From: an uncultured virus (IMG/VR IMGVR_UViG_3300042691_036107)
Taxonomy: Duplodnaviria; Heunggongvirae; Uroviricota; Caudoviricetes
Virus record (IMG/VR): IMGVR_UViG_3300042691_036107
Length of the DNA: 64,000 nucleotides
Reading direction: 5' to 3' (one strand)
Shown: positions 26,456 through 35,594 of the stretch, in pieces
How positions within the stretch are numbered: position 1 is the stretch's first letter
Layout: each line of letters begins with the position of its first letter
Position numbers and translations under genes: made by a program
The notes under the pieces: generated by a model
The model's input: the letters and a program-made list of their open reading frames with translations, nothing else
What the model was told of the DNA's origin: nothing
Databases searched by the model: none

Positions 26456-27693
26456 GAGACAAGCTGCAGTTGACTCTAGAGAGTGGCGAGCAAGTACGTG
26501 ACTTCCTGCAGAAGATGGCGCCGGAAAAGCTGGCCGGTTTCAACGAGCTGGTCCGTAAGTCTCCAGCTCTTGCCGCAGCTTACGCAATGCAGGCGGCAGA
26601 CGAAATCGAGAGCCGGCTTGATCTGCGCGTGCAGCCGTATCCCTGGAGCGGGCTGAAGCCGGTCCAGTTGCAACAGCTCGCGCAAGGCTCGGTCGAGGCA
26701 GCCGTAGCGAGCGTCGAGTCGCAACAGGACTGGGCACGTGGAAGGAGCGATGAGGAACGCGCGGTAGGTCGGCGGACCCTGTGGGCGATTGCGTGCTGGC
26801 TCAGGGGTGAGCGGAGAGTGATCCGCGTCTCGTACGAAGCGCAGAAGGCGTTGGCCCGCATGGCGGTGAAGCGATTCGACGAGGGCTACTCGCCTGCCCG
26901 CTGGTTCGAGTTGCCTCCCCCGGGCTCAGAGCTGTATGCGGAGCCGATCTTCTTCTTGTGGGAGGTTCCTGGTTTCGCTCTGGCAAAGCGTCCGTTCACG
27001 ACGTTCGTTCGTGCAAGAGGCATCGCGTTCGAGGAGCGCATGGAGTACGTCCATTGGCAGCTCATCGCAGCGAAGAACATGGCGCAGCCTGAGTGGAACG
27101 TCTGCTGGGGAACGGCGCCGAACATCCCGACCGAGATCACACGACCTTGGTTCGAAGAACAATGGCGTGTTGAGCTGGAGCTTCGCGCGGAAGACGAGAA
27201 CTATGAGCTGCCGGGTACTCTGTCGTTGATGATCATGGGAATCAACGTGATGGCGGCGTTGAATCAGGTCAATGAACTGCGGATCCTTCGCATTCCAGGA
27301 GGTTCATCCCGAAAGGGGCGTAAGCGATTGAGTGACGGTCTGCGCGTCAAGTCAGTCGATCTCGATGAGGATGCACTCGGCACTTGGGTCAAGACTTACG
27401 TAGATCCGACCAAGGAACGTCGGTCTGGTCCTTCGGAGTCGGGAGAGCGGAAGCCGGCGCAGGGAGGAACACATGCACCTCCGAGGATGCACATGCGTGA
27501 TGATCACACGGTCCGAGTGTGGGTGCGTGAAGAGCGCCCCGGCGAGGAAGTTCTGGCCGTCAACGAGAAGGGGCTCAAGCAGGTGCTTCGTCCAAGGCAG
27601 GGCGGAGTTGTTGGGCGAGAGAGTAGTGAGATCGCGACGTACGAAGCGCGTGTTCGTCTGGGACCAACCGATATTGACGTAAAGGGAGACTGA
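26452..27693 (+). CDS. hypothetical protein
   Basis: 413 aa ORF, ATGA-coupled. Confidence 0.7.
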   Translation: MRDKLQLTLESGEQVRDFLQKMAPEKLAGFNELVRKSPALAAAYAMQAADEIESRLDLRVQPYPWSGLKPVQLQQLAQGSVEAAVASVESQQDWARGRSDEERAVGRRTLWAIACWLRGERRVIRVSYEAQKALARMAVKRFDEGYSPARWFELPPPGSELYAEPIFFLWEVPGFALAKRPFTTFVRARGIAFEERMEYVHWQLIAAKNMAQPEWNVCWGTAPNIPTEITRPWFEEQWRVELELRAEDENYELPGTLSLMIMGINVMAALNQVNELRILRIPGGSSRKGRKRLSDGLRVKSVDLDEDALGTWVKTYVDPTKERRSGPSESGERKPAQGGTHAPPRMHMRDDHTVRVWVREERPGEEVLAVNEKGLKQVLRPRQGGVVGRESSEIATYEARVRLGPTDIDVKGD

Positions 27694-27694
27694 C

Positions 27695-28129
27695 ATGGGC
27701 AAGAAGCGGAAGAACGATGCTGGGTTTCTCTTTTCGGCGGATATCCCGCCTGGAACCTTCATCACAATGGAGATCGACCTTCAAGATCACATGAGCGAGC
27801 TTGAAATCGAGCTGTCGGAGGAAGACATCATCGAGCGCATTCCTTTGTGTGAACCGGAAGCTGTGCTCGCCGAGTTGGATCACGATGACATCTTCACGTA
27901 CCTGATGGAGCACGGCGAGCCCGAGGCGCTTCGGTTGGCGATCATCGGGAAGTTCGGACCGCAGGACGAGCTGCCGGAAACACCGAAACCGGAAAAGCCC
28001 CTGCTGGAGCAGGTGCGCTTTTGCGACAAGGATGTCGCGGTCAACATCATTAAGATGCTCGTCAAGAGCTACGCCGTCGAGATGTCCGAGGCGGTACACA
28101 ACCACATGCGTACGCTCTCGATCCGGTGA
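27695..28129 (+). CDS. hypothetical acidic protein
   Basis: GGGAG RBS. Confidence 0.65.
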   Translation: MGKKRKNDAGFLFSADIPPGTFITMEIDLQDHMSELEIELSEEDIIERIPLCEPEAVLAELDHDDIFTYLMEHGEPEALRLAIIGKFGPQDELPETPKPEKPLLEQVRFCDKDVAVNIIKMLVKSYAVEMSEAVHNHMRTLSIR

Positions 28130-28133
28130 CGCC

Positions 28134-28691
28134 GTGACCGACAAGACGTACTGGGCGATGCTGCTCGTGAAGGTGCAAACGGCGTCGCCTGTGCTGTTCG
28201 AGACCCCATCTGTGACGATCGATGTGCGTTTCATCCTGCCTTCTGGGTTGGAGTCGCGTGCAGGCAAGAAATACGAGAGCGTCGCGGCTATCCTTGCGGA
28301 CGGCTGGGAGCCGTTCAGTCGAGAGTCGACGGTGGACTGCACACGCTGGGTGTTTCGGCTGAAAGTGCCGGAACGAGAGATCAAGTGGGTCTGCACGCCA
28401 GACCAAGTGTACGCCTGGGTCTACGGCATCACGGACTTCTCCGTGCAGTTGCGTCTGGGGGACGTGGGCATTGGAAATATGGACGTTCCTCGCTGGATCA
28501 AGGACTCGCCGGCAGGTCAGCTCGCGCTCGCGCCCTGGATCGAGCAGGAGTTCCCGGTGTGGCGGGACGCGCGACTTGATGCGTTCACGTCGTCGAGAGA
28601 TCGATACGATAATCGATTGCGTAACGCAAAGGCGCCGAAAGTGGAGCATGTACGGTTCGTGAACATCCCAGATCAAGAGGAGACACCATGA
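28134..28691 (+). CDS. hypothetical protein
   Basis: Internal SPAGQLAL. Confidence 0.6.
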   Translation: MTDKTYWAMLLVKVQTASPVLFETPSVTIDVRFILPSGLESRAGKKYESVAAILADGWEPFSRESTVDCTRWVFRLKVPEREIKWVCTPDQVYAWVYGITDFSVQLRLGDVGIGNMDVPRWIKDSPAGQLALAPWIEQEFPVWRDARLDAFTSSRDRYDNRLRNAKAPKVEHVRFVNIPDQEETP

Positions 28692-29221
28692 AGTTCTGGT
28701 CGTTCCAGGGCAAGGCTGTTTACAAGCAGCCCGAGACGATTCAAGTGTTGGCCGAGACAGAAGAGGAAGCCGTTCAGGTCATGCGGGCACGCAAGCTGGC
28801 CGAGTGCTTGCAGGATGCGCCTTGTCATGATTTCGAGGTCGAAGACACCGAAGTTGAGACACCTCTTGTCTGGCTACTGCTGATGGGCGACACGCAGAGC
28901 TACTTCCCCTCGTTCACCGCGGTCAGCGAGTTCTTGACGGCGGCAATCGCTGCTTGGAGTTCTTCATCGCCTCCCGCGGTGCAGCTCCAGTGGAGCGAGA
29001 ACTTGATGGCCATGCTTCGTCAGTATCCGGGACAGGCGGTGCGCTGGGATGGGCGCGGCGAGGTCGGTATGGTCCTCATCCCGATCAGCGGGCGAACCAC
29101 GTTGAGCCTGACCGACGCGCGAAACACGCTCAACCCACCTCCTGCGACTTCGGGGTACGGAAAAACCGTGTACCCGGTCATGCCCGCGGGACTGACTCGG
29201 AAGTCCCCGGGCGGTGAGTGA
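28688..29221 (+). CDS. hypothetical protein
   Basis: GAGGAG RBS. Confidence 0.6.
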   Translation: MKFWSFQGKAVYKQPETIQVLAETEEEAVQVMRARKLAECLQDAPCHDFEVEDTEVETPLVWLLLMGDTQSYFPSFTAVSEFLTAAIAAWSSSSPPAVQLQWSENLMAMLRQYPGQAVRWDGRGEVGMVLIPISGRTTLSLTDARNTLNPPPATSGYGKTVYPVMPAGLTRKSPGGE

Positions 29222-29430
29222 TGTTCAAGATCGGTGATCGAGTCGAGATCTACACGATCAACGGCGTAGAGCATGGAGTCACCGAGGACGTTCTCGGGGA
29301 GAACGTGTTCGTACGGCTTCACGGGCAACTCTACGCTCGCTGGATGTCACAGTGCCGTCCGCTCACGCCGGCCGAGCTTCTCGTAGAACTGTCGGCCGAG
29401 CAAGCGTTGACAGATGACAAGACTTCATGA
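29221..29430 (+). CDS. small KOW/SH3-like protein with PAELL tag
   Basis: FKIGDRVEI...RPLTPAELLVE. Confidence 0.7.
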   Translation: MFKIGDRVEIYTINGVEHGVTEDVLGENVFVRLHGQLYARWMSQCRPLTPAELLVELSAEQALTDDKTS

Positions 29431-29509
29431 GACACTTCGGTCCCAGGGCGCGCCGGGCGCTCGGGCGATCGCTTATACATCCCGGTAAAGACGAGGCAGG
29501 AGCAAGACA

Positions 29510-30694
29510 ATGGAGACGAGAATGACGACGGCCCAGGCGAATGCGGCGCAGAGCAACCCGGTCCGTAGTGGGCTGCCCTTCACGGTGCCCGATCGGGTGC
29601 TGGCGAACCGCGGAGTGACCCGCGGGGTGCCGGCTACGACGATGCACCTCGAAGCGGTGCGCGATCACCTCAAGGCGCTCGCCGAGAAGCAGGAGGCCGA
29701 AGATCACGAGCGGACGCTGGATCAGCTTCACGTCTCGTTCATCGGAGGTCACATGCACGCGAAGTGGCTCGGGCCGAAGGGGCCGGAGGATGTGGAGTTC
29801 CTGGTGACGGACAACGCGGCGAGCCAGCTCGCGTCAGAGGTGTTGCCGTCCCGCTTCTTCGCGGGACTTCGTGAGCTGGCGCAGATGGACGAGGGCGGGT
29901 CGAAGCTCGCGACGATGAGCTGGGGCAAGTTCGCCAACAAGAACGGCGGAGATCCACGCCTGGTGCGTACGGTCCTCATGCGGATCGGCGGTCGTGTGCA
30001 TCGGGTCATCCGGTCCTGCCACAGTCAGAACTACGCCCCCTACGCGAACCTGGAGTTCGTCCAAGACATCCTGGACAACGCTGGGCAGTTCGCGAGCTTG
30101 CCGGTCCTCGGCTGGCGGGTCACGGACACGGGGATGCGTCTTCGGTTCGCCGGCGTGGATCAGGACGGTATCCGGGTTCACGAACCGATCCCGATGATCG
30201 AGGCGTGGAACAGCGAGGTCGGGCGTCGTCGCGTCGGGTTGCGTGGCGGCATGTTTAAGCTCGTCTGCACGAACGGGATGGGTCACTGGAACGAGAAGAC
30301 CGAGTACCAGTGGATCCATCGGGGCGACTCGGCGCGGATCAAGGCGGGCGTACAGGGTGCGTTCACGAACCTGATCACGGCCGCGAACGGCGTGGTCTCG
30401 GCCTACAACGAGGCGTTGAACGTAGCGATCGACGATGCCTACGCTTGGATGGAACAGGAGCTGCGTCGGGAAACGAGCGAGCGGGTCATCCGGGCGGCAA
30501 CCGACGGCATGAAGGACCCGACGACGACCCAGGGCGGTTCTCTCGCGTCCGTTATCGACGCCGTGACGCTCATCGCGCAGAACGAATCGGACATGTACGA
30601 CCAGTACGAGCTGGAGCGCATTGCCGCGTCGCTGCTTCAGCGCGGGCGGTCTGAGGCTCTCCGTCACGGCGGTCGGATCCCCGTCGAGCGGTAG
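29510..30694 (+). CDS. DUF932-like protein
   Basis: AWNSEVGRR...GMFKLVCTNGM...WIHRG motif pattern. Confidence 0.7.
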   Translation: METRMTTAQANAAQSNPVRSGLPFTVPDRVLANRGVTRGVPATTMHLEAVRDHLKALAEKQEAEDHERTLDQLHVSFIGGHMHAKWLGPKGPEDVEFLVTDNAASQLASEVLPSRFFAGLRELAQMDEGGSKLATMSWGKFANKNGGDPRLVRTVLMRIGGRVHRVIRSCHSQNYAPYANLEFVQDILDNAGQFASLPVLGWRVTDTGMRLRFAGVDQDGIRVHEPIPMIEAWNSEVGRRRVGLRGGMFKLVCTNGMGHWNEKTEYQWIHRGDSARIKAGVQGAFTNLITAANGVVSAYNEALNVAIDDAYAWMEQELRRETSERVIRAATDGMKDPTTTQGGSLASVIDAVTLIAQNESDMYDQYELERIAASLLQRGRSEALRHGGRIPVER

Positions 30695-30769
30695 ACAGCT
30701 CTTCGGTCGGGCCGGGGGCTCGTGCTCCCGGCCACTCCGAAGGCCTGTATGCCCGTGAAGGAGGTGTCT

Positions 30770-31867
30770 TTGTCTTCGCTGAATCACCCTGTGATTTCGT
30801 TCGTAGATCAACTACCCATCAGAGATAGTGCCGTATGGCGGCGCGCATCTATCACTTACAACGTCGGACGCCGTGTGGCGCAGGCGATCAGTACGCTTGG
30901 GATCCGGCGTGTTCGAGAGCTGTTGAACGTGACTGGTCCCGCACACGTGATCATCAACAGCTTGGTGGATCAACTTCTTCAAGATTCAGGTGATGGACCG
31001 ATTCAGATGTCGTCAGCGGCCAGTCAGATCACGTGTTTCCCGAAAAACGAACGTGTCTCGACGTTCTTGTCCGGAGATGCTCGCCGGGAGATCGTGTCCG
31101 TCCCGGACCGGCATCAACACGCAGTCGCACTGCACAACTTGCTGTCGAAGGGCGGTCGATGCTGGAAGTTGGCCCAACGTGCAGTCTGCATGAGCGATGA
31201 GGAACTCTCCCCCGCAGAGATGCTCTCGATCTTTACCCAGGAAGAGACGCTGCCGATCAGTGTCGGGACGATCACGCCGGCTAGTGCAGATCAGATCGAC
31301 TCCTTCTTGCACCGGACCTTCGGTGTTGAGAAGGCGCTCGTGCGGTACGCGGTCGTGACGCCGGAGTACGAAGGGCAGTTCCGGTTGAACCTGAACTCGT
31401 TCTTGGTGCTTGGTCCTCTTGCGGTGGACAACCTGCCGATCGAGCAGGCGCTTCCGTCGGCCGAGGATACGCCGCGTTGGGGTGCGGCAGCGTTCATCCC
31501 GAAGAAGTGGTCGAAGAAGAAGCGGGCGCGCTTCGAGATGCCGTTGCGGCCCGAAGTTGCGATTCTTCCCGGTGTGCCTGAGAGCTTCGACGAGGTAGAC
31601 TTCGTACGGTTGATGGACAACCCGGGCTCGTCTGTAGCGGCGATCATCGAACTTGTCGTTCAACATCACTTCAAGCCGCACAAGTACGACTCGAAGTGGA
31701 TCCACATGACGCGAGCGGCGCTCGGGCGGAGCGCGAAGTACGGAGATGTTCGGCGGAAGGATGGTCTGGTGAAGGTGTATCGGAAGCTCGCGATCCGTTA
31801 CCGCGCGCAGCTAGTTCCTGTCTTGCTCAAGCTGATGCAGGACAACAAGTTCCGGCTGGAGGCGTGA
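30770..31867 (+). CDS. hypothetical protein
   Basis: AAGGAGGT RBS before TTG (start uncertain); internal LSPAEMLS. Confidence 0.6.
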   Translation: MSSLNHPVISFVDQLPIRDSAVWRRASITYNVGRRVAQAISTLGIRRVRELLNVTGPAHVIINSLVDQLLQDSGDGPIQMSSAASQITCFPKNERVSTFLSGDARREIVSVPDRHQHAVALHNLLSKGGRCWKLAQRAVCMSDEELSPAEMLSIFTQEETLPISVGTITPASADQIDSFLHRTFGVEKALVRYAVVTPEYEGQFRLNLNSFLVLGPLAVDNLPIEQALPSAEDTPRWGAAAFIPKKWSKKKRARFEMPLRPEVAILPGVPESFDEVDFVRLMDNPGSSVAAIIELVVQHHFKPHKYDSKWIHMTRAALGRSAKYGDVRRKDGLVKVYRKLAIRYRAQLVPVLLKLMQDNKFRLEA

Positions 31868-32305
31868 ATGCGACGCCTCATGTTTCAGAACATCGGTACG
31901 TTCACCCGTGAAGAGTGCGAGCAGCGAGCGCAAGAGGTCTGTGTAGCGATCGGGGAAGAAGGGCCGATCGGGTTCGGTCATGTTGGGCTACAGCCGGCCG
32001 AAGTTGCCGTCTGGCTCCAGCGAATCTCTCGTCTGTGCGTGCATTTGACCGACCCGGAGCAGACGCTCTGTTCTTCGCTGGCAAGCAAGTCCTGTGTCGA
32101 GAACGAGAACTCGGATACGCTTAAAGCCAACACCCGGCTTCTGCAGACACCGGCGGAAGCTCTGGCGAGTTTGAGCGGTAGCGGCGTGATCGGCACGGAG
32201 ACGGCGCTGTTCGTGTATCGCGACATCCGAGGCGCTACGCTGGCGTATGAGACGCACGCGTTGACACAGCCGCGACATCCTTCTCGCTTCTTTGACTGTG
32301 AGTAA
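31868..32305 (+). CDS. hypothetical protein
   Basis: Internal LLQTPAEALAS. Confidence 0.6.
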   Translation: MRRLMFQNIGTFTREECEQRAQEVCVAIGEEGPIGFGHVGLQPAEVAVWLQRISRLCVHLTDPEQTLCSSLASKSCVENENSDTLKANTRLLQTPAEALASLSGSGVIGTETALFVYRDIRGATLAYETHALTQPRHPSRFFDCE

Positions 32306-32308
32306 CGC

Positions 32309-32848
32309 ATGACTTCCGAAGAGTTCGTCTCGTTGCGCGGTGCAAGTCCTCCTGTTCAAGCGCTCATCCGAGAGTTCCCGCCGCTCTGCCGTGTGCGGGC
32401 GCTACGCTCGCTCTACGCCCCTGCCCCCGAGCGGTTCGGTCGTGTTGTTTCGTACCGCTTCGTCGAGGAGTCGCAGAAGGCGACGCTGTGCGTGGTAGAT
32501 GAAGACGCGCTGTTCGGCGAGCCGAAGGCCCAGGATGACTTTCCAGGAACCTACGAGTGCGAGCCCGAGTGGCTTGAAGTCGTGCTCTATGACGGGAACA
32601 AGACGCCAGATTGGGTTGATCTTGTGCTCGCAGGTGAAGAGCCGGAGACGCAAACGCCTGCCGCGGACAACATCGTGTCCGGCGTACTTCCAGACCGGAA
32701 AGAGGTGATCGTCTGGGTTGTGAACATCCAACAGCCGGTTCTTGTGACGAGTGCCCAGATCAAGATGACCAAGATGGGGCACAGCTTCTGCTTCGGGCAG
32801 CCGGTCGTCGTCATCGACGCGATCACGGAGCTGCTCGCCTTCGCGTGA
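32309..32848 (+). CDS. hypothetical protein
   Basis: ORF in operon. Confidence 0.6.
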   Translation: MTSEEFVSLRGASPPVQALIREFPPLCRVRALRSLYAPAPERFGRVVSYRFVEESQKATLCVVDEDALFGEPKAQDDFPGTYECEPEWLEVVLYDGNKTPDWVDLVLAGEEPETQTPAADNIVSGVLPDRKEVIVWVVNIQQPVLVTSAQIKMTKMGHSFCFGQPVVVIDAITELLAFA

Positions 32849-32963
32849 AGAACTTCGACGTGAGTTCTTGTCTTCCGTACTTGGCGCAGCTATGTCAAGT
32901 GACAACACTGTCAAGTGTCAAACCCCCGTGGGTGGGTCACCCGCAACAACAATCGAGGAAGAA

Positions 32964-33893
32964 ATGGCAAAGGAACTGGATTACATGGATCCTGACGCGC
33001 TCGTCATCATCGGTCTCGACACCGAAGACGACGAGACGCACCCGCTCTGGGATGCACGCATCAACCTCCCGATCGACGAGAGCTTGGTTCGGAACATCCT
33101 CGTGTACGGCATCCAGATGCCTGTGCTCATCCGGCAGGAAGCCGGCAAGGCCTACGTGATCGATGGGCGTCAGCGCGTCCGGGCGGCGCGTGAAGCCGCT
33201 TCGCGGCAGTCGGCAGCAGGGGAAGCGCCTGTTCGTGTTCCTGTGCGGAAGGTGCAGGGCGAGGACGGGCGTGTCGTCGGCATCATGGTGTCGGCGAACG
33301 AGCTGCGGCAGGGCGATGACATCCTGGTACGCGCGCAGAAGGCAGCGCGGCTGATGGACCTGCGCGGAGACATCGATGAGGTCGCGATCGCGTTCGGCCG
33401 GACGGTCACGGCGATCCGCAACTGGTTCTCGTTGCTCGAAGCAGATCCCGTGGTGCACACGGCCGTGCGGGAAGGTCGGGTGTCGGCGTCGGCGGCGATC
33501 GAGCTGTCGAGGATGCCCCGTGAGATGCAGGGCGAAGGGCTGGAGAAGCTCTTGCGTCAGCATACGGATGGAGGCAAGGTGTCGGCGTCGGAGGTCCAAG
33601 AACTGCGTATCTCGGTCGGTGACACGCAGATCTCGACGACGCGAGCTGCCCCCGCGCATCACTCCGTTCGCAAGCAGACGGGCATCAAGCGGTCTTGGCT
33701 CCGCAAGGCGTTGAGCACGGAGGCGGCGGCGAAGCTTGCCCCCAAGCAGCGGGCAGTCCTGGAGTGGTTCGCGTCCGGCGAAGCCTCGAAGGGCGACTGG
33801 TTCGATGACTTTCGCTGGGAAGCGGAGACCGAACTGGAGAGCAAGCCCAAGGGGCGCGCCAAGAAGCCGGTTGAACCGGCTGAGGAGGTCTGA
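32964..33893 (+). CDS. ParB/Srx-like N-terminal domain protein with HTH
   Basis: GIQMPVLIR..YVIDGRQRVRAA; ANELRQ; EVAIAFGRTVTAIRNW. Confidence 0.8.
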   Translation: MAKELDYMDPDALVIIGLDTEDDETHPLWDARINLPIDESLVRNILVYGIQMPVLIRQEAGKAYVIDGRQRVRAAREAASRQSAAGEAPVRVPVRKVQGEDGRVVGIMVSANELRQGDDILVRAQKAARLMDLRGDIDEVAIAFGRTVTAIRNWFSLLEADPVVHTAVREGRVSASAAIELSRMPREMQGEGLEKLLRQHTDGGKVSASEVQELRISVGDTQISTTRAAPAHHSVRKQTGIKRSWLRKALSTEAAAKLAPKQRAVLEWFASGEASKGDWFDDFRWEAETELESKPKGRAKKPVEPAEEV

Positions 33894-34840
33894 TGCGTTC
33901 ACTCAAGATCGCCATCATGAGCAAGCCCGAGCACGCGAAGAGTCACGTCAAGGCTCTGATTCGTGCCGGGCACGAGGCAGTAGTCATCGGGCCGACCCCG
34001 ATCACGATCCCGCCGTCGTTCGACTTGATCGTGTATCGGCCGTCATCTGTGTCTCACAAGGCAGCCGATCGGCTGAAACTCGAACGAAATGGGCGCCCGG
34101 TCATCTTCAGTGACTCGCTGGACGAGATCGTCGAGAAAAGCGAGCGTTTCGCACTCACAGGCAGCATCGACCCCATCGTCGAGCCAACGATGGAATCAGA
34201 GGAGGAAGAGGACATGGCGGCAGTGGCAGACGGCGGTGTTCCGATCAAGGGTGAGTATCACATCGCGTATTGGATCAAGCGTGATCACGTCTGGTCCGTG
34301 CGCCGGGGAAAGAAGCAGTTGCTTCAGACCAAGAGCCTCGACACGGCAAGGCGCAAGGTCATGGAACTCGATGCGGCCTACTCAGCAGAGTTGGCGCTCA
34401 AGCAGCCTGGACTTCCCGTTGAACCGCCGAGCAGCGAGGCAGATCCTGTCTCGGCTCCTACGCCGGTCGTCCTGCATCCAGCACCTGTCATCGAGCCTGG
34501 AGATGATCTGGAAGCTGATGATCGTCTGCGCCCCTATGTGCCGATGCCGACGCCTCCGATTCGCGTTCAGCCGACGCCTGAAGAGGAACTTCGCGAGTTG
34601 CTGGTCATGGTGACTGAGCAGCTCGGCAAGATGAAGCTCAACGCGTTCACGGACACGTCAGATCTGGGAATCACGATCACGCTTCACAAGCGTCATCTGT
34701 TTGGACCGGAAGGCATCGCGTGTGGCAACGGTGTCGGGCCGACGACGGCTTCGCTCGGACTCGTCACCTGTGAGACTTGCAAGAACACGCAGCTCTACAA
34801 GCTCGCGTCTTGGGTCTTGGCGAACAAGATCGCAGCATGA
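33893..34840 (+). CDS. hypothetical protein
   Basis: TGATG coupling; C-terminal H/C zinc-binding-like residues. Confidence 0.65.
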   Translation: MRSLKIAIMSKPEHAKSHVKALIRAGHEAVVIGPTPITIPPSFDLIVYRPSSVSHKAADRLKLERNGRPVIFSDSLDEIVEKSERFALTGSIDPIVEPTMESEEEEDMAAVADGGVPIKGEYHIAYWIKRDHVWSVRRGKKQLLQTKSLDTARRKVMELDAAYSAELALKQPGLPVEPPSSEADPVSAPTPVVLHPAPVIEPGDDLEADDRLRPYVPMPTPPIRVQPTPEEELRELLVMVTEQLGKMKLNAFTDTSDLGITITLHKRHLFGPEGIACGNGVGPTTASLGLVTCETCKNTQLYKLASWVLANKIAA

Positions 34841-34856
34841 TCGTAGCCTGAATGCG

Positions 34857-34890
34857 AAAACCCCCCGGGAGGCATACTCCCGGGGGGTCG
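34857..34890. terminator. hairpin terminator between convergent genes
   Basis: AAAA-CCCCCCGGGAG-GCATA-CTCCCGGGGGG; U-tract on minus strand. Confidence 0.7.
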
Positions 34891-34972
34891 CACAGGACAG
34901 GCAGAGCAGCAGGACCAAGCGAGGCAGGCGCTTCAGTCCCTCAACTTCTAGCACGCTAGTGCTGGATGTCAA

Positions 34973-35410
34973 CTAGGGCTTCTTCTTCTTTGTTCCCTTG
35001 TCTGAACGCGCCTTTGCTCGTCCACGTTCAGGACCGAGAAGTTCGGCTCGAATCCAGGCAGACAAGCACAAGCCGTTCCTTCGGGCCATTGCGTTGAGTG
35101 CGCTCGCCTCCTCGTTCGTGACGGAGATCGACAGGCGTACGTTCCGCAACTCGGCGTTCTTCTTGCGTAGTGTCGGGACGCGAAGACCAGTCGTCCCGAG
35201 GACCTGTTCGGCGAAGGCGACCTCTTCGTTCGTGAGTTTGCGCTTCTCGGGAAGTCGTCCCCAGGAATCAAGCACGGTTGCGTCGGGGGACGTGTGGATC
35301 GGAGCTTGAGGCGTCTCCGGTACTTCAGGCTCTGTTTCGGTCTTTTCGATCGCACGCCTGGGCCGACTGAGCGCGCCTCCTGCAATCAGATGCTTCGTGT
35401 ATTCACGCAT
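34973..35410 (-). CDS. putative ribbon-helix-helix DNA-binding protein
   Basis: RNVRLSISVTNEEASALNAMARRNGLCLSAWIRAELL. Confidence 0.65.
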   Translation of the reverse strand: MREYTKHLIAGGALSRPRRAIEKTETEPEVPETPQAPIHTSPDATVLDSWGRLPEKRKLTNEEVAFAEQVLGTTGLRVPTLRKKNAELRNVRLSISVTNEEASALNAMARRNGLCLSAWIRAELLGPERGRAKARSDKGTKKKKP

Positions 35411-35441
35411 GATTTCACCCGGCTTGCGCCTTAGACATGTG

Positions 35442-35535
35442 GGAGGATTATTATCCTCCGCTAAATCTGCGGCATTTTTGTCGCGCTTTAGGTTGATTCA
35501 GAGCTTCGTGTGCTCGCGGAGGATTATTATCCTCC
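35442..35535. promoter_or_regulatory. two identical palindromic operator-like sites
   Basis: GGAGGATTATTATCCTCC at 35442-35459 and 35518-35535 in a divergent intergenic region. Confidence 0.75.
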
Positions 35536-35594
35536 CTGATCGACGTTTGCACAATGCCAGAATAACTCACGTCGTCACCTGTCAGGAGGATCAG

